Source: Octopus bimaculoides | Taxonomy: Eukaryota | NCBI RefSeq assembly: GCF_001194135.2 | Contig: NC_068994.1 | Span: forward strand, 43,805,547 to 43,869,546 | Length of the DNA: 64,000 bases | Reading direction: 5' to 3' | Shown here: positions 1 through 13,965 of the stretch, piece after piece | How the letters are laid out: each line of letters begins with the position of its first letter | How positions within the stretch are numbered: position 1 is the stretch's first letter | Position numbers and translations under genes: made by a program | Notes under the pieces: generated by a model | The model's input: the letters and a program-made list of their open reading frames with translations, nothing else | The model's database searches: none | What the model was told of the DNA's origin: nothing

Positions 1-15
1 ATATATTTTCATTTT

Positions 16-58
<43 letters not shown>

Positions 59-667
59 TCCACTAAATGTTACTCATACATCATTGGTCAGTCAGCACAT
101 GTCTGAAGAATAAGTCACATAATCAAGGTGCTATGCAGTGAAAATAAACCAGAAGCCACATATTTGCTAAGTGAAATTTGTATCCGCACGGCCTATATAC
201 TATATGTTAGCTTATAATATAGACATCTAATATACAGAAAACATAGTCTACTTGAATGACTTACAAGAAACAGTAAATAAATTATATCACTTAGTGACAT
301 TAATAGTACTGGAAGCAGACTGCAAGCATAGATGTATGTTTAAGAAGTTTGCTTCACAAATTCATCATCAGTGGGTTCAATCTCATTGCATGGTACTTTA
401 GGCAAATATCTTGTATCATAGCCTGAAATTGACTAATAACATGTGCGTGGAATACAGAAGAAAGAAGTTGTACAGAAGCCTGTTGTATATGTATATCTTT
501 GCAAGTAGCCTTTCTGGTGCTGGTGGAATGATGAAATGCCCCCTATTTTTGGTGTGAATAGTTGGTGATAGGAAGGACAATCAGCCATAAATTAATGCAG
601 GACAAAAAGAAGATAGTCGTTAAAATAAATCAAAATGCAAAGCTTTAATTGCATATTCAGGACTCAC

Positions 668-743
668 AAAGTAAAGCAAGTCCTGTGGTATTTATTCTGC
701 CCATTTTGTACAAGGGCTTTCTTGTTTCTCCCTATTGTAAATG
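668..743 (-). CDS. Candidate internal coding exon of the putative minus-strand host gene (xFTIGRNKKALVQNGQNKYHRTCFT)
   Basis: Minus strand: acceptor ttgtttcacag| and donor |gtgagt. 76 nt with only one stop-free frame (phase 1 to phase 2). The entry phase is compatible with the phase-1 end of exon 13966-14116. No protein family recognised. Confidence 0.35.
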
Positions 744-799
744 CTGTGAAACAATGTTGAAACTTGTAACCAACAACACTGTTCTTCACAAAAATTGAT

Positions 800-1419
800 A
801 CTCTTTACTCTTTACTCTTTTATTTGTTTCAGTCATTTGACTGCGGCCATGCTGGAGTAACACCTTTAGTCGAGAAATTCGACCCCAGGACTTATTCTTT
901 GTAAGCCTAGTACTTATTCTATCGGTTTCTTTTTGCGAACCGCTAAGTGACTGGGACGTAAACACACCAGCATCGGTTGTCAAGCGATGGTGGGGGGACA
1001 AACACAGACACACAAACACACATACATATATATATATATACATATATATATACATATATACGACGGGCTTCTTTCAGTTTCCGTCTACCAAATCCACTCA
1101 CAAGNNNNNNNNNNTATCGGTTTCTTTTTGCGAACCGCTAAGTGACTGGGACGTAAACACACCAGCATCGGTTGTCAAGCGATGGTGGGGGGACAAACAC
1201 AGACACACAAACACACATACATATATATATATATACATATATATATACATATATACGACGGGCTTCTTTCAGTTTCCGTCTACCAAATCCACTCACAAGG
1301 CTTTGGTCAGCCCGAGGCTATAGTAGAAGACACTTGCCCAAGGTGCCACGCAGTGGGACTGAACCCGGAACCATGTGGTTGGTTAGCAAGCTACTTACCA
1401 CACAGCCACTCCTGCGCCT
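800..1419 (-). mobile_element. tRNA-derived SINE family A, young copy split by a 10-N gap
   Basis: Minus-strand head GGAGTGGCTGTGTGGTAAG...GGTTCAGTCCC (Pol III A/B-box-like), central (TA/CA)n, tail ...CAGTCAAATGACTGAAAC followed by short AAAGAGTA repeats. Near-identical to many other copies in the window. Confidence 0.9.
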
Positions 1420-1874
1420 GTGTGAATTAAAATAAACAAATTAATGGTTAGTAGAAAGATTAGGGTTCGATGAGATAGAAATTTAGAGATATTGTATCTC
1501 TGTTGGCAATAAAAGAATTTCCTTCTTGTATGAAAATACTGGTGATATATAATATGTGTTATTAATATAATGTTGTATGATTGTCAATTATGAGTTATGA
1601 AACCTGAAGGTTTGCAGAAAGGGAAGGTGAACAAGTCAAGAATAAATTATTATATGTGTAATGACAACCTATAGGAAAGCAACTGCATATAAAAAGGTTT
1701 TATCCAACATCAACATGCAGAATGTAACTAGACAAGTATGGATGTTTAACACTAATGACTGGTTGGTACATAGAGGTACAATGCAACAAGGAAGGCATTG
1801 CAAAAAGTAATTAAATAATACTTGGGAATTCAGGTAGCAAGCAGTACTCTAAGACCACAAAGACATAAACACAA

Positions 1875-1888
1875 TACACACACACACA

Positions 1889-1982
<94 letters not shown>
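1875..1982. repeat. (CA)n then (TA)n microsatellite
   Basis: Direct reading. Confidence 0.95.
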
Positions 1983-1984
<2 letters not shown>

Positions 1985-2812
1985 CAACAATTAAAACCAG
2001 ATATACATTCATATATATACATATATACCTATGTTTGTGCTTGTGTGAGTATGTGTGTGCATACCCAAGTGCTTATGTATGATTATACAAAAGTACTACC
2101 CACATGTTTACACTCACAAAATATAAATGTGTGTGTGTGTGGGCACGCACATGGTATCATCATCATCGTTGTCATTATAATCGTTTCAATATTCACTTTT
2201 CCATGCTTGCATGGGTTGGATGGAATTTAGTTCACATACACTACATATATGTATGTATGTATGTGTGTATCACATGATCAGATATCATCTTGGAGAGAAA
2301 GAGTGAATATATGTGTGTGCATGGTATTAGTGTACATGTAAAAGACAGCCATCAGTATAGATTCTCATAAAAATGTGTGATGATTGAATATGTATGTAAA
2401 TAATCTATTTAGCCTTGGACACTCTTGTGTTACTACCTAAGGTTTCATGCTTACACATTTTACCAACCAGAACAACATGACAACGCCTAAGATGGTAACT
2501 GCAAGGGTAAATTGATTTATACAGTCACTAATGCATACACAGATATCATAACTACCACCTACAACATCTCCATCTATACCATTTGTTTCATTAACCAAAT
2601 AGTGTTCTACAAGTTCGTTCAATTTACTAGAAATAGAAGCCAAATCTTTAATGTACACTATAATGTCTTAAAACAGGAAGCATTGAATAATGTAGTCTGG
2701 TCAGGTTTGTATACATGCATACATATATATGTGTGTATAAGGGGTTTAGTTCACTGGTGATCTAAACGAATATGTACGGTAAGTGCTATAATTGGTATAT
2801 CTATCTGTACAG

Positions 2813-2846
<34 letters not shown>

Positions 2847-2929
2847 ACACGTGTATGTACATACACACACACATATATGTATGTATTTCTATGTCTATGT
2901 ATGAATACACACAGATACACATGAACACT

Positions 2930-3119
<190 letters not shown>

Positions 3120-4585
3120 CACACACATACGCATGCACATACACACACATACACACATGCACACACATATATACACACACACATACTCACACACATTATT
3201 CACCAAACACAATATGAAGTTTTTAAGCTATGCATAAATAGAATTGAAACAGCACTAATTGTTGTTGCTGCTGCTGTTGCTGCCATTGTTGTTGTTGTTT
3301 ATTAATGTATGCATGTATGTATGTATGTATCACATGATCATATATCAACTTGGAGCAAATCTATGACGAAAAACCCACCAGCTACGACTACACCATCTTC
3401 TTTTCAAGGTATTGAATGTGTTCCTCTCTTCTCTTTATATATTTTAAGATGGCACAGTTTTAATAGCGGCAGATTCGGTTGCTATATCTAGCAAACCAAG
3501 TGACCACATAGAAGCTACTTCACCTTCATTGGTTCATATGTGATATCAGCTGTTAGTTAAGACAGATGAGACAAATAGAGAAATCTACTTCACCTGGAGG
3601 CATAAGATAATGGCTATATTTCAGTTTGAAATCTTAACTATTTTACCAGTAGCCTGATACTCTAATTTTGCAGTTATTGTGCCTTAATTATTACAATTAT
3701 TTCCATTTCAAAGCAACATCCTATGACAGTTTCTCCTATCTAACAATCTTTTTACAATCTCCCTCACCCGACCATCAACTTAAGGAAGTATGCAATTTTC
3801 AATAAATCTATTAATACTGAATCCTCTCGGTAATTTTTTTTTTCTTTACTTTTATTGCTTTCAGCATCCTTTCTCTCTCCCTCTCTTTCTCTTTCTCCAC
3901 CTATCTCTCTTCCCCTCTTTCTCTCTCTCTCTCCATCTATCTGTCCCTCCATCAACCCCCCCTTCATTATCTCTTTCTCTCTCTCTCTCTCTCTGTTCTT
4001 ATATACTTGATCTTCTTAAACACATTCGCTTACCTACATTCCATTTGCCTAAGTTATAGATAGATCTCACTTGTAAAATCTATGACTTCATTATGCCACC
4101 ATACATAGAGACCATTCTCCTAGGCATATACAGAAATACGGTGCTGGTGAGTTACATATATAAAATCAGTCAATAATTCATGCCAATTTGCAAGCTACAT
4201 TTTGTTGGATAAAGGATTGACAGTGTGGTAAAGGTGCATGTTTCAGAATCACGTAGTTCTGAGTTGGATTCCACAGTATAGCACTTAGAGGAAAAGGTTT
4301 TCTACACATGTCACGAGCTGACCAATGACTTGTGAATAGGATTTAATAGACAGAAACTGAACAGCTGAAATCTATATATGTACATACACATACATACATA
4401 CATACATACATACATACATAGGAGCACAATGCAGTCCTTAGAGTCAGTTGATCTTGTCAAACCATTCAATCCATGCTAGCATAGAACACAGACGATCCTA
4501 GGTTTTTGTGTCCTGAGTTTTTTTTTTTTTACTTATGTCTATCACTGACTATTGTTCTTTCTTACTCCCCCAAGGTTTTTTTTCT

Positions 4586-4620
4586 TTCTTCTGATGAAGG
4601 ACTAATGTCCAAAATGTTAA
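4586..4620 (+). ncRNA. Decayed minimal hammerhead-like motif (PLE-type remnant)
   Basis: ctt-CTGATGA-a-ggac/taat/gtcc-AAAA-tgtt-aag. Helix II is perfect and helix I is 3 bp; the expected GAAAC reads AAAAT. Confidence 0.5.
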
Positions 4621-4867
4621 GCCTCTTTTTCTTCCAGTTAAAGTGTGAAGCTAATACCATATTTTTTAACCTTATCCCTTCCTTTTTGCCCTTTTTTATT
4701 ACTATCCATCACGTTTACAATGTGTGTGTTACATATATGTGTGATTTTTTTATTGCCCACAAGGGGCCAACATAGAGGGGAGATATGTGTTACATATATG
4801 TGTGTGTGTGTGTAAATAGATAGACTATAAAAATATGTGTATATACATATTTTTATTGACATATTTG

Positions 4868-4945
<78 letters not shown>

Positions 4946-6247
4946 TATATATATATACATACATAAATGTGTGTATCTGTGTGTTTGCATATATATATGT
5001 GCATGTGTTTGCATCTTTGTCCTATATATTTCAGCAAAAGATGTCAACATTGAAGAGAAAACTGAAATGCAGGCACTTCTGAATAATATATATTTCAATA
5101 TATAATATTTGTTGCATGCCTAGTTGTACAGACATTCCCTTGCCACTCTGGCTGTCACGAATGCAGTGAACTTGAGATTGACCCATTGGAAACCTGTAAC
5201 TAACGACACTGCTGTTCCCCAGTTGTGATATAAAATAAATAAACAAGTAAGCAAATAAATAAATAGATAGACAAACAAATAGGCTAAATGTAATTTGAAT
5301 TGAGAAATTAAGTCAACTCTAGTTTTATGTGCAACAACTCATTTCAAGCTAATATTTCTAATACTTAAAGCTCTATTTCTAATGCAATTCTAATTTAGTT
5401 GTTTTCCCTGCTGACTTCATTCTACTAGCATTTATTATTCTCTTTTCTCATTTAATAGAAACCTTCTTCCCTTTATTCCTTCAACAAATTACATTTTCCC
5501 ACTTTTTGGGGTCGTGTTTTATTTATTTTTTTTTTTATGCTGGTTGTTAAATCATGAAATTTTGTTTCATGTAATTTTTCTTGGTATCATTGATTTTATC
5601 ATGGTGGACTTAAGCTTACTTAGATTTTGTTAACAACAGACCACATGCTACTATCAACATAAATTTGATTTAAAAAAACATAAACATCGCTTTTAAAGGC
5701 TCTATTGTATTGTGCTTAGTTCTTGAATGTTTTCTATTAGAAAAAATCAACCTGTTTCTATAGAATCCTCTCTGTAATGAACAAAATATAAATTCCATTC
5801 TAATGACAACGTTTTGATAAAAGAAATCCTGTCCGAGAAGCACAAATCACATTTTATTTCAATGTACAGAATAAAGGCAGTGAGCTGGCAGAACTGTTAG
5901 CATCCTGGACAAAATGCTTAACAGCATTTCTTCTGGTTTTTACATCCTGATTTCAAATTCTGCCAGGTTGACTTTCCCTTTCATCATTTCAGGGTCAGTG
6001 AAATAAGGAACAGTTGAGCACTGGGGTCAATATAATCAATTATTTCACTTCCTTAAAAATTATAGCCTTATGCCTGTAAGAGAAAGAATTATAATGTACA
6101 GTATGTAATGTCAATAGGGCCTTATACATACTTTTCATAAATTGCCCTTTAGTCTTCACTAAGTACCATATTTGATAGTATACAATACGTAGGCTGTCCA
6201 TAGATATTACTGCATGCACTATGAGCCAATAAGGAAAGCTTCTACAG

Positions 6248-6919
6248 CAGTGGCCCTCAACCAGGTTCCATATGACCCTTGGGGTTTCATATAGGATTTT
6301 GTTGTTAAAATTTTTACGCAATAAATCAGTTATACTTCTACAAGACACCAAATATTTTACTCTTTTTCTCTTTTACTCTTTTATTTGTTTCAGTCAATTG
6401 ACTGTGGCCATGCTGGAGCACCGCCTTTAGTCGAGCAAATCGACCCCAGGACTTATTCTTTGTAAGCCTAGTACTTATTCTATCAGTCTATTTTGGCGAA
6501 TCGCTAAATTACGGGGATGTAAACACACCAGCATCGGTTGTCAAGCGATGGTGGAGGGACAAACACAGACACACAAACATATACACACACATACATATAT
6601 ACGCCAGGCTTCTTTCAGTTTCCGTCTACCAAATCCACTCACAAGGCTTTGGTTGGCCCAAGGCTATAGTAGAAGACACTTGCCCAAGGTGCTATGCAGT
6701 GGGACTGAACCCAGAACCATGTGGGTCGTAAGCAAGCTACTTACCACACAGCCACGCCTACGCCTATATTTAGCAATATTTTAATACCATCCCTAATAAC
6801 ATTTAATTCTAAAGATATAAAAAGATTTTTTTTTTAATATCGATTAGCTACAAGGGTCCATCCGAGTAAAATAGGAATCAAATGGGGTCCATAAGTAAAA
6901 ATAGGGTCTGGAAATAATG
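6248..6919. mobile_element. hAT-like MITE interrupted by a SINE-A insertion
   Basis: Starts CAGTGGCCCTCAACC, a hAT/Charlie-like terminus, and ends ...GGAAATAATG. The 8-bp flanks ttctacag / ctctacat match 6/8. Confidence 0.5.
6359..6765 (-). mobile_element. SINE-A full-length copy
   Basis: Same head, body and tail as 800-1419. Possible TSD aatatttta on both sides. Confidence 0.9.
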
Positions 6920-7779
6920 CTCTACATAGTTACTCAAACTGCTAGAAATAGCACCTAAATTTCTCTCAAATTCACACCCTGTAAGATATGTGTGAGTGTG
7001 TTTGTTGAGGGGTGAGCATGTGTGTGTGGATGTGTGTGTGTGTGCATGTGTGTCACGGTTTCATATTCCCTTTCAACTAAAAATTTCAAAATTCTTAACC
7101 ATGTCCACATAACGTAGCTGCTCAGCAATGGGGATTGTTAGAGTAAGTACCAGACCTATAAAAAATAAGTACTGAATGCAATCTGTTCTACATAATCCTC
7201 CAACGTTGTGCTCCAGCATGGCTGTAATTCAATGACTGAAACAAATAAAAGAACAATTGAATAAAAGGATATTTGATAATCACTACATCAGCAGATGATA
7301 TTATTGCCTTGCATATAATCCTGTTTATTTTCCTTACATAAACAAAACTGATAAACCACCTTCACTGGCTTGTGTAGCTTACATGAACAAAGTTTGAGTC
7401 AATTGAACTAATGCCATATATCCTAAGTAACTAACGACCTTCTTGGCAGCCAAAACTTTATTCTGATTGTGTTACATCAAATCTGATTAAAACACCCAAT
7501 GGGATCCCTTCTTTCCCATTTATTTGAGTGTTAATTATTTTGCTAACAGCCTTTCCCTTCACAACTTCACAACAGACAACCTTGTAGATGATTTGATGGT
7601 GTATGTCAATCTTACCAAAAGGTAAAATACATAAATAGGTTCAGGAATAGCTGTGTGGTTAAGAAACTTTCTTTGCAATCACAAGGTTTCAGGTTCTGTC
7701 CCACTCTGAGTCATCTTGAGCAAATGTCTTATACTAAAGTCATGGGCTGACTAATTTGGTTGACTGTGTAGAAGCTAAT

Positions 7780-7818
<39 letters not shown>

Positions 7819-7982
7819 TCTTAGCATGATGCTAATCTTCAGTCATTGGGAATTCCGAATACCTGAATATTAGCATCAAGCTTGAAACTCAGAGTACCAA
7901 TGAATTTGAATCAAACTGTTTTGGTCCATACATGTAACTCCCAATAAATGTGCTGAGTGCTCTTCTTTCGTTNNNNNNNNNN

Positions 7983-8015
<33 letters not shown>

Positions 8016-9329
8016 TAAATATATACATATATATATATACATACTCGCATGTATTTTAAAAGGTGTGCCAGAAGGCATGACACAATGCCAAAAGTTTAGG
8101 GCACAGAAGCAGTACTTCACACTCCATCCCTATGTTCTGCATAATGTGCAGAACCCAAGCCACCATATAGAAAAAGTGAATGCAGAAATACATATTTTAT
8201 GCTTTACATAACGTACACATGTTTCAAGAAGTTGACTTCTATTATTACATAAGCCACACTCTTATATTTATTCTGCCAGCTCATCTATAAAATTAATAAT
8301 AATAAATAGTTTCAAATTTTGACACAAGGGCAGCAATTTTGGAGGGAGAGGATAAAGTGATTTCATTGACTCCAATTCTCAACTGATAGTTATTTTATCG
8401 ACTCCAAAAGGATGAAAGGCAAAGTCGACCTCGGCAGAACTTGAACTCAGAATGTAAAGACAGACGGTATGCTGCTAAACCAGTGCGCTAATTATTCTGC
8501 CAGCTTGCTATCACATCACTGCTACTGTTCAGTTTCAATTCGTGGCCCAATGACTGAAACAAGTAAAAGAAATAGATGACAAGACACAATTCAGTCATTC
8601 AATCTTTTACATCTTTTGGCCACAGGTCACTATCACTTCTCAGTTTCAATTCTTAATCAAAGACACTTCAATTTCTGACATCACGTCACACAAATTCCTC
8701 CCAAAGAAAGGCATTAATCTCACATAATCTTATTTCCTTTTGCTTAACAAATTTGAAACTATATACCTTTGTAAGAAATCAATTTATTTTCCATTTCTCT
8801 TCTTTCTTTTTTTTATCTTGAAAAAAAATTATTCTACACTATCTTTACTTCTTGAACATATTTTCAAAACTATTCTATGTCTTGCCCATGTTATGAAACT
8901 TAAATTCAACATTTCCACCTAAAAGGCTTATCTCTTATGTTTCTCTGTATTAAAACATATTCCAATAAAATGGAGCTAAGAATTTCTATTCATGCCATTT
9001 TCTGCACTTTTAAAATTACATTCAATGGATGGTATGTCATATCTGAATGCTTTAATTCTCGTTCATAATTGGAAATGTCGTAACCTAGGGGACCAAAGAG
9101 TTTGATTAATATTTTCTTTAATATTGCTGAAAAAAACCTACATTGTATGGTATTCAAATTGAAAAATAAATCTATGCAATATAATCCGTCTATTTACATC
9201 TTTTCTTCTTTCTCTTAGAGATTGTGCATGTGTGTATGCATGTGTGATGTATGAGCTTCTGTAAGTGCATGTGTTTATATATATATATACACACACATAT
9301 ATACATATATACTACGTACACTCACATGC

Positions 9330-9362
<33 letters not shown>

Positions 9363-9440
9363 CAAATACATACATACTTATGTTTCTCTACTTTTTTCTC
9401 TTACATCCTCACTCTCTTTTCTCCCTCTCTCTCTCTCTCT

Positions 9441-9478
<38 letters not shown>

Positions 9479-11089
9479 ACTCTCTGCATACGCCATCTTC
9501 ATCAACATCATTATCATCATCATCATCTAATGTCCACTTTTCTATGCTTGCATGGCACAGATGTAATTTGTTGAGGAAGATTTTCTATGGATGGATGTCC
9601 TTGCTGTTGCCAACCCACACCTGTGTTAAAGTAAGGTAATATTCCCCATTACCAGACATGTTTTCAGAGAAGACTGGAAATGAAGGATACCAGAGACATC
9701 CATTTACAACAATTGCAAGAAGTCAAAACAATTAGACAGTAGCACACAAACACATATATGCATATATATATATATATATATATATAGATATCTACATATA
9801 TATATGTGTGTTTACGTCCCCTTAACTTAGCAGTTCGGCAAAAGAGCTTACAAAGAATAAGCCCTGGGGCCAATTTGTTCAACTAGAGGTGGTGCTTCAG
9901 CATGGCTGCAGTCAAACAACTAAAACAAATAAAAGAATAAAAGACTATATGCATTCATTTCTTCCGGTGAGCAGCAGTTCTGTGTGTATTTGGTGGGGAA
10001 GAGTAGAAGGTGGTGATAAAAGAGAAAGGAATGGTAGTTATAAGTTATATGGTGGTGGTGGTGGTGGTGGTATGATGATGATGATGATTTACTGAAGAAT
10101 ATATAGATATACATTACTGGTGCATTAGAAGTCTTTTCTTCATGCAATAATGTGCTCCAGAATAAATCTACTGATATCAAATAACACAACATGCATAGAT
10201 TATAATAAATTAATACACTCAACAATCATAAAATGAGTGCCACTTTTAGTCAATCTCATTGTGGACAGATAAAGACAAATCAAAGACTGGACTAGTTTCG
10301 ATTTTTACTGGGATATCATCATTGTGATACAGTATATGTAAATATTATCATTTAGGGATAAGGTGGTGAATTTCCTGAATTGTTAGCAGTATTTTGCCAA
10401 TCATTAAGTTTAGAGTTCAAATTCTGTCGCAGATGACTTTACCTTTGTTGTGGCAGACACACCCAAGTGAAAAGTGGGTTGTTCCACTACTGATAAATAG
10501 TGAACAGACACAGCAAACAGGGTCAGTCAGCAAAGTATACTGTTCAGGACAGTCATGCAGATGACGAAATATGTCCTCATAATGCAGGATATATCAGTCT
10601 TTCATCCTTCTGGGGTCGATAAGTTGAGTACCAATAGAGTACTGAGGTCGATAAGTTGAGTACCAATGGAGTACTGAGGTCAATGTAATCGACTTAACTT
10701 CTCTTGCTCAAATTTCAGGCCTTGTTTCTGTAGTAGAAAGGATTATTATTTAGGGATATACCAATTTTACTGCCTCTTGTCAGGCAGTGAAAGTGATAAA
10801 TCATTGATGGATTAGTAGTGTTTGCTTTCTGATGCTATGATATAATATCTTATTAAAAAAGAACTCCTGAAGCAGCATACATTACATCCAATCATGAAAA
10901 AATATAAGCAAACAGAATATATATGTGTTATGTGTGTGTGACTGTGTTTGTACCTGTATATATGTGTATATATGTAAATATGGAAGGCGGACGTTAAACG
11001 ATGGTGATGATGATAAAATGTATGTATATTTAGACAAATGTATATATACATATATGTGTATGTGTGTATGTATATGTATGTGACAATAT

Positions 11090-11121
<32 letters not shown>

Positions 11122-11596
11122 TTAGACAAATGTATATATACATATATGTGTATGTGTGTATGTATATGTATGNNNNNNNNNNNNNNNNNNNNNNNNNNNN
11201 NNNNNNNNNNNNNNNNNNNNNNNNNNNNNNNNNNNNNNNNNNNNNNNNNNNNNNNNNNNNNNNNNNNNNNNNNNNNNNNNNNNNNNNNNNNNNNNNNNNN
11301 NNNNNNNNNNNNNNNNNNNNNNNNNNNNNNNNNNNNNNNNNNNNNNNNNNNNNNNNNNNNNNNNNNNNNNNNNNNNNNNNNNNNNNNNNNNNNNNNNNNN
11401 NNNNNNNNNNNNNNNNNNNNNNNNNNNNNNNNNNNNNNNNNNNNNNNNNNNNNNNNNNNNNNNNNNNNNNNNNNNNNNNNNNNNNNNNNNNNNNNNNNNN
11501 NNNNNNNNNNNNNNNNNNNNNNNNNNNNNNNNNNNNNNNNNNNNNNNNNNNNNNNNNNNNNNNNNNNNNNNNNNNNNNNNNNNNNNNNNNNNNNNN

Positions 11597-11638
<42 letters not shown>

Positions 11639-11669
11639 CTTCTAAATGATGATATCTCTTTTTTGCCAA

Positions 11670-12555
11670 TCATTTCTAACATAAGACACAATCCCCGAAA
11701 TTTAGAGGATGGAGTATATAATCAATTAAATCCACTACAATACATGTTAAGCAATCTAGTTTATTCATCCTCAAAAGATGAAAGTTAAAAGGCAAAAGTT
11801 AATCTCAGACTGATTTGAACGCAGAACACAAAGAGTGAGAGCAAATAGAGGAGGAGGAATTTTATCCCTTGCTGTAACGTTCCTGTCTATCACTAATGAA
11901 TATAATGATAATGTTCTTTTCTACTCTAGGCACAAGGCCCAAAATGTTTTGGGAGGGGCCAGTCGATTAGATCAATCCCAGTATGCTATTGGTACTTAAT
12001 TTATCGACCCTGAAAGGATGAAAGGCAAAGTGGACCTCAGCAGAATTTGAACTCAGAATGTAAAGAGAGACGAAATACCGCTAAGCATTTCACCTTGTGT
12101 GATAACGTTTCTGCCAGCTCACGGCCTTTGATAATAATAATGTTAATCCTAAATTTCTAGGAGAGGGTTTTCTTGATCACATTGTATGCAGTGCTCAGCT
12201 GGTACCTAATTTATCAACTCCAGAAGGATAAAAGATAAAGTCAACCTCAGCAGAATTTGAACTTGCCATGTAAAGCTAAGCACATCGTTTGGCATTCTAA
12301 TGACTCTGCCAGCTTGTTGCCTTAATGATGAAACTAAATAATTCTTTCTCATTTTGGCACAAGGCCAGCAACTTTGAGTGGTGGAGAAGTTGATTTATAT
12401 CGATCCCGGTGCTCAGCTGGTACTTACTTTATCCAACCTAAAGGGATGAAAGGTTAAGTCAACCTTGGCAGAATTTGAACTCAGAGCATAAAGGCAGACG
12501 AAATGTTGTAATGCATTTTGTACAGTTTGCTAAGAATTCTGCTAGCTTGCCACAT
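11670..12555 (-). mobile_element. Head-to-tail array of four SINE family B copies
   Basis: Four successive matches to GGCACAAGGCC...GGTACTT...GAAAGGATGAAAGGCAAAGTCGACCTC...GAATTTGAACTCAGAA...CTGCCAGCT, separated by short AAT/GAT runs. The core GCCTTTCATCCTT..GGGGTCGATAAA resembles conserved metazoan SINE central domains (from memory). Confidence 0.8.
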
Positions 12556-12587
12556 TAATAATAATAATAAAAATAATAATATTATTA

Positions 12588-12739
<152 letters not shown>

Positions 12740-12955
12740 AAAGACAAATACATAACAAAAACACCAGGACTAACAAATATATATAACATAAAGAAAATAG
12801 CACTACTAGGCACTGCACACATCCTACGTAAAACACTTTCAATACAGTAACCATAATATCACCACAACAAACCACAGCACATACCCAAGGCACGGTAGTG
12901 AAGTGAAAGCACGTTATAAAAATAAAACTACTGAACAATAATAATAATAATAATG
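12740..12955 (+). mobile_element. 3' end of R4/Dong-like non-LTR retrotransposon
   Basis: Encodes DKYITKTPGLTNIYNIKKIALLGTAHILRKTLSIQ*, then a 3'UTR and (AAT)n tail. Same family as 53101-53710 and 40903-41097. Confidence 0.8.
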
Positions 12956-12994
12956 ATGATGATGATAATGATAATAATAATAATAATAATAATG

Positions 12995-13235
12995 ATTGAG
13001 AAATATCAAGATCTAGCCAGAGCAATGAAGAGATCGTGAAAGACTAAGAGGACATTTATTCTTGTTGTAGTCAGGGCACCCAAACTGCTACCTAAGAGGC
13101 TGAAGGATATTGGAACCAAGACTTGTATTGTTGACCTGCTATTCTATAATCTGCAAGAAACCTAAGAAAGATCCTTGAGATTCAAGGAGACTTATTACCA
13201 CCAAACCTCAAGACAATATTCCTGTAAACTAATAA
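12995..13235 (+). mobile_element. Decayed 3' fragment of a second REL-endonuclease LINE subfamily
   Basis: IEKYQDLARAMKRS...RNLRKILEIQ resembles the EKxxKYxDL...LRKVL C-terminus. Contains stops and frameshifts; flanked by (AAT)n. Confidence 0.6.
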
Positions 13236-13461
13236 TAAAACATGTAATAGTCATATATTATTATTAATAATAATAATAATAATAACAATACTAATAAGAA
13301 TAATGATAATAATAATAATAACAACAATACTAATAAGAATAATGATAATAATAATAATAACAACAATACTAATAATAATAATGATAATAATAATAAGGAT
13401 ATACTCAGAGAGAAAGAAAGAGTAATTTCTATATTAACAATTATATTAAGAGTAATAATCC

Positions 13462-13672
13462 TTTCCACTGAAGGCACAAGGCCTGAAGATTAGGGGGCAG
13501 TAACTAGATGATTTCATCGATCCTCAATGTTTCACTGGTACTTAATTTATTGACCCCGAAAGGATGAAAGGCAGAGTCGACCTCAGCAGAATTTGAACTC
13601 AGAATGTAGCAGCAGGTGAAATACCACTAAGCATTTCGCCCAGTGTGCTAATGATTCTGCCAGCTTACCGCA
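13462..13672 (-). mobile_element. SINE-B copy (representative; others near 5872-6085, 8325-8505, 10355-10750, 24280-24500, 25325-25470, 36015-36230, 39440-39656, 45330-45545, 48135-48340, 48485-48712, 49358-49570, 52840-53042)
   Basis: Shared head AAGGCGGCGAGCTGGCAGAA...GAGTTCAAATTC (B-box-like) and the shared core. Confidence 0.85.
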
Positions 13673-13965
13673 TTATGTATATTAAGAGTAGTAATAATAA
13701 TAGTAATTATATATGTGAGTATGTGTTTATGAGTATGTGTATACAGGTATATCGATAAACACCAGATGTGATTCATACAAGTATTACTATCACCACTAAA
13801 CAGATTAGCTGTCTGTCTCGTATGTTGAAGGAAATCAATAATATATATATTTTTAAAGAACTTTTTAAAGAACTTTCAGCAGGTTTTCTTCTGGTTCATG
13901 ACTGATGCATTATAATCTCTTGTTCAGAAAGCCATGAATGATTAATGAAAATCTCTAAGACTCAC

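Noticed and set aside
668-743. LIM-domain call from KYHRTCFT
   Set aside because: The exon ends with TT, so the next residue is F or L rather than the required Cys, and no upstream CxxC was found
920-1299. Exact 185-bp direct duplication (920-1104 = 1115-1299)
   Set aside because: Identical copies on either side of a 10-N gap: an unmerged contig overlap, not biology
2590-2627. SH2 alphaB-like KLNELVEHY
   Set aside because: No WxHG or FLVRES-type exons were found upstream in a compatible phase; too short to call
4071-4119. Minus-strand mini-exon ENGLYVWWHNEVIDFT, and similar ones at 25572-25609 and near 51910-51950
   Set aside because: Short AG..GT segments with one open frame are expected by chance, and there is no phase chain or homology to support them
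7550-7621. Plus-strand exon-like segment LSLHNFTTDNLVDDLMVYVNLTK (also near 7839-7928 and 20741-20777)
   Set aside because: Good splice sites, but phases do not chain and there is no recognisable protein
10812-11669. Long ORFs in the track (also 25970-26666, 30694-31478, 54454-55275) and YI/HT/CV-rich ORFs
   Set aside because: Artefacts of N gaps and dinucleotide microsatellites
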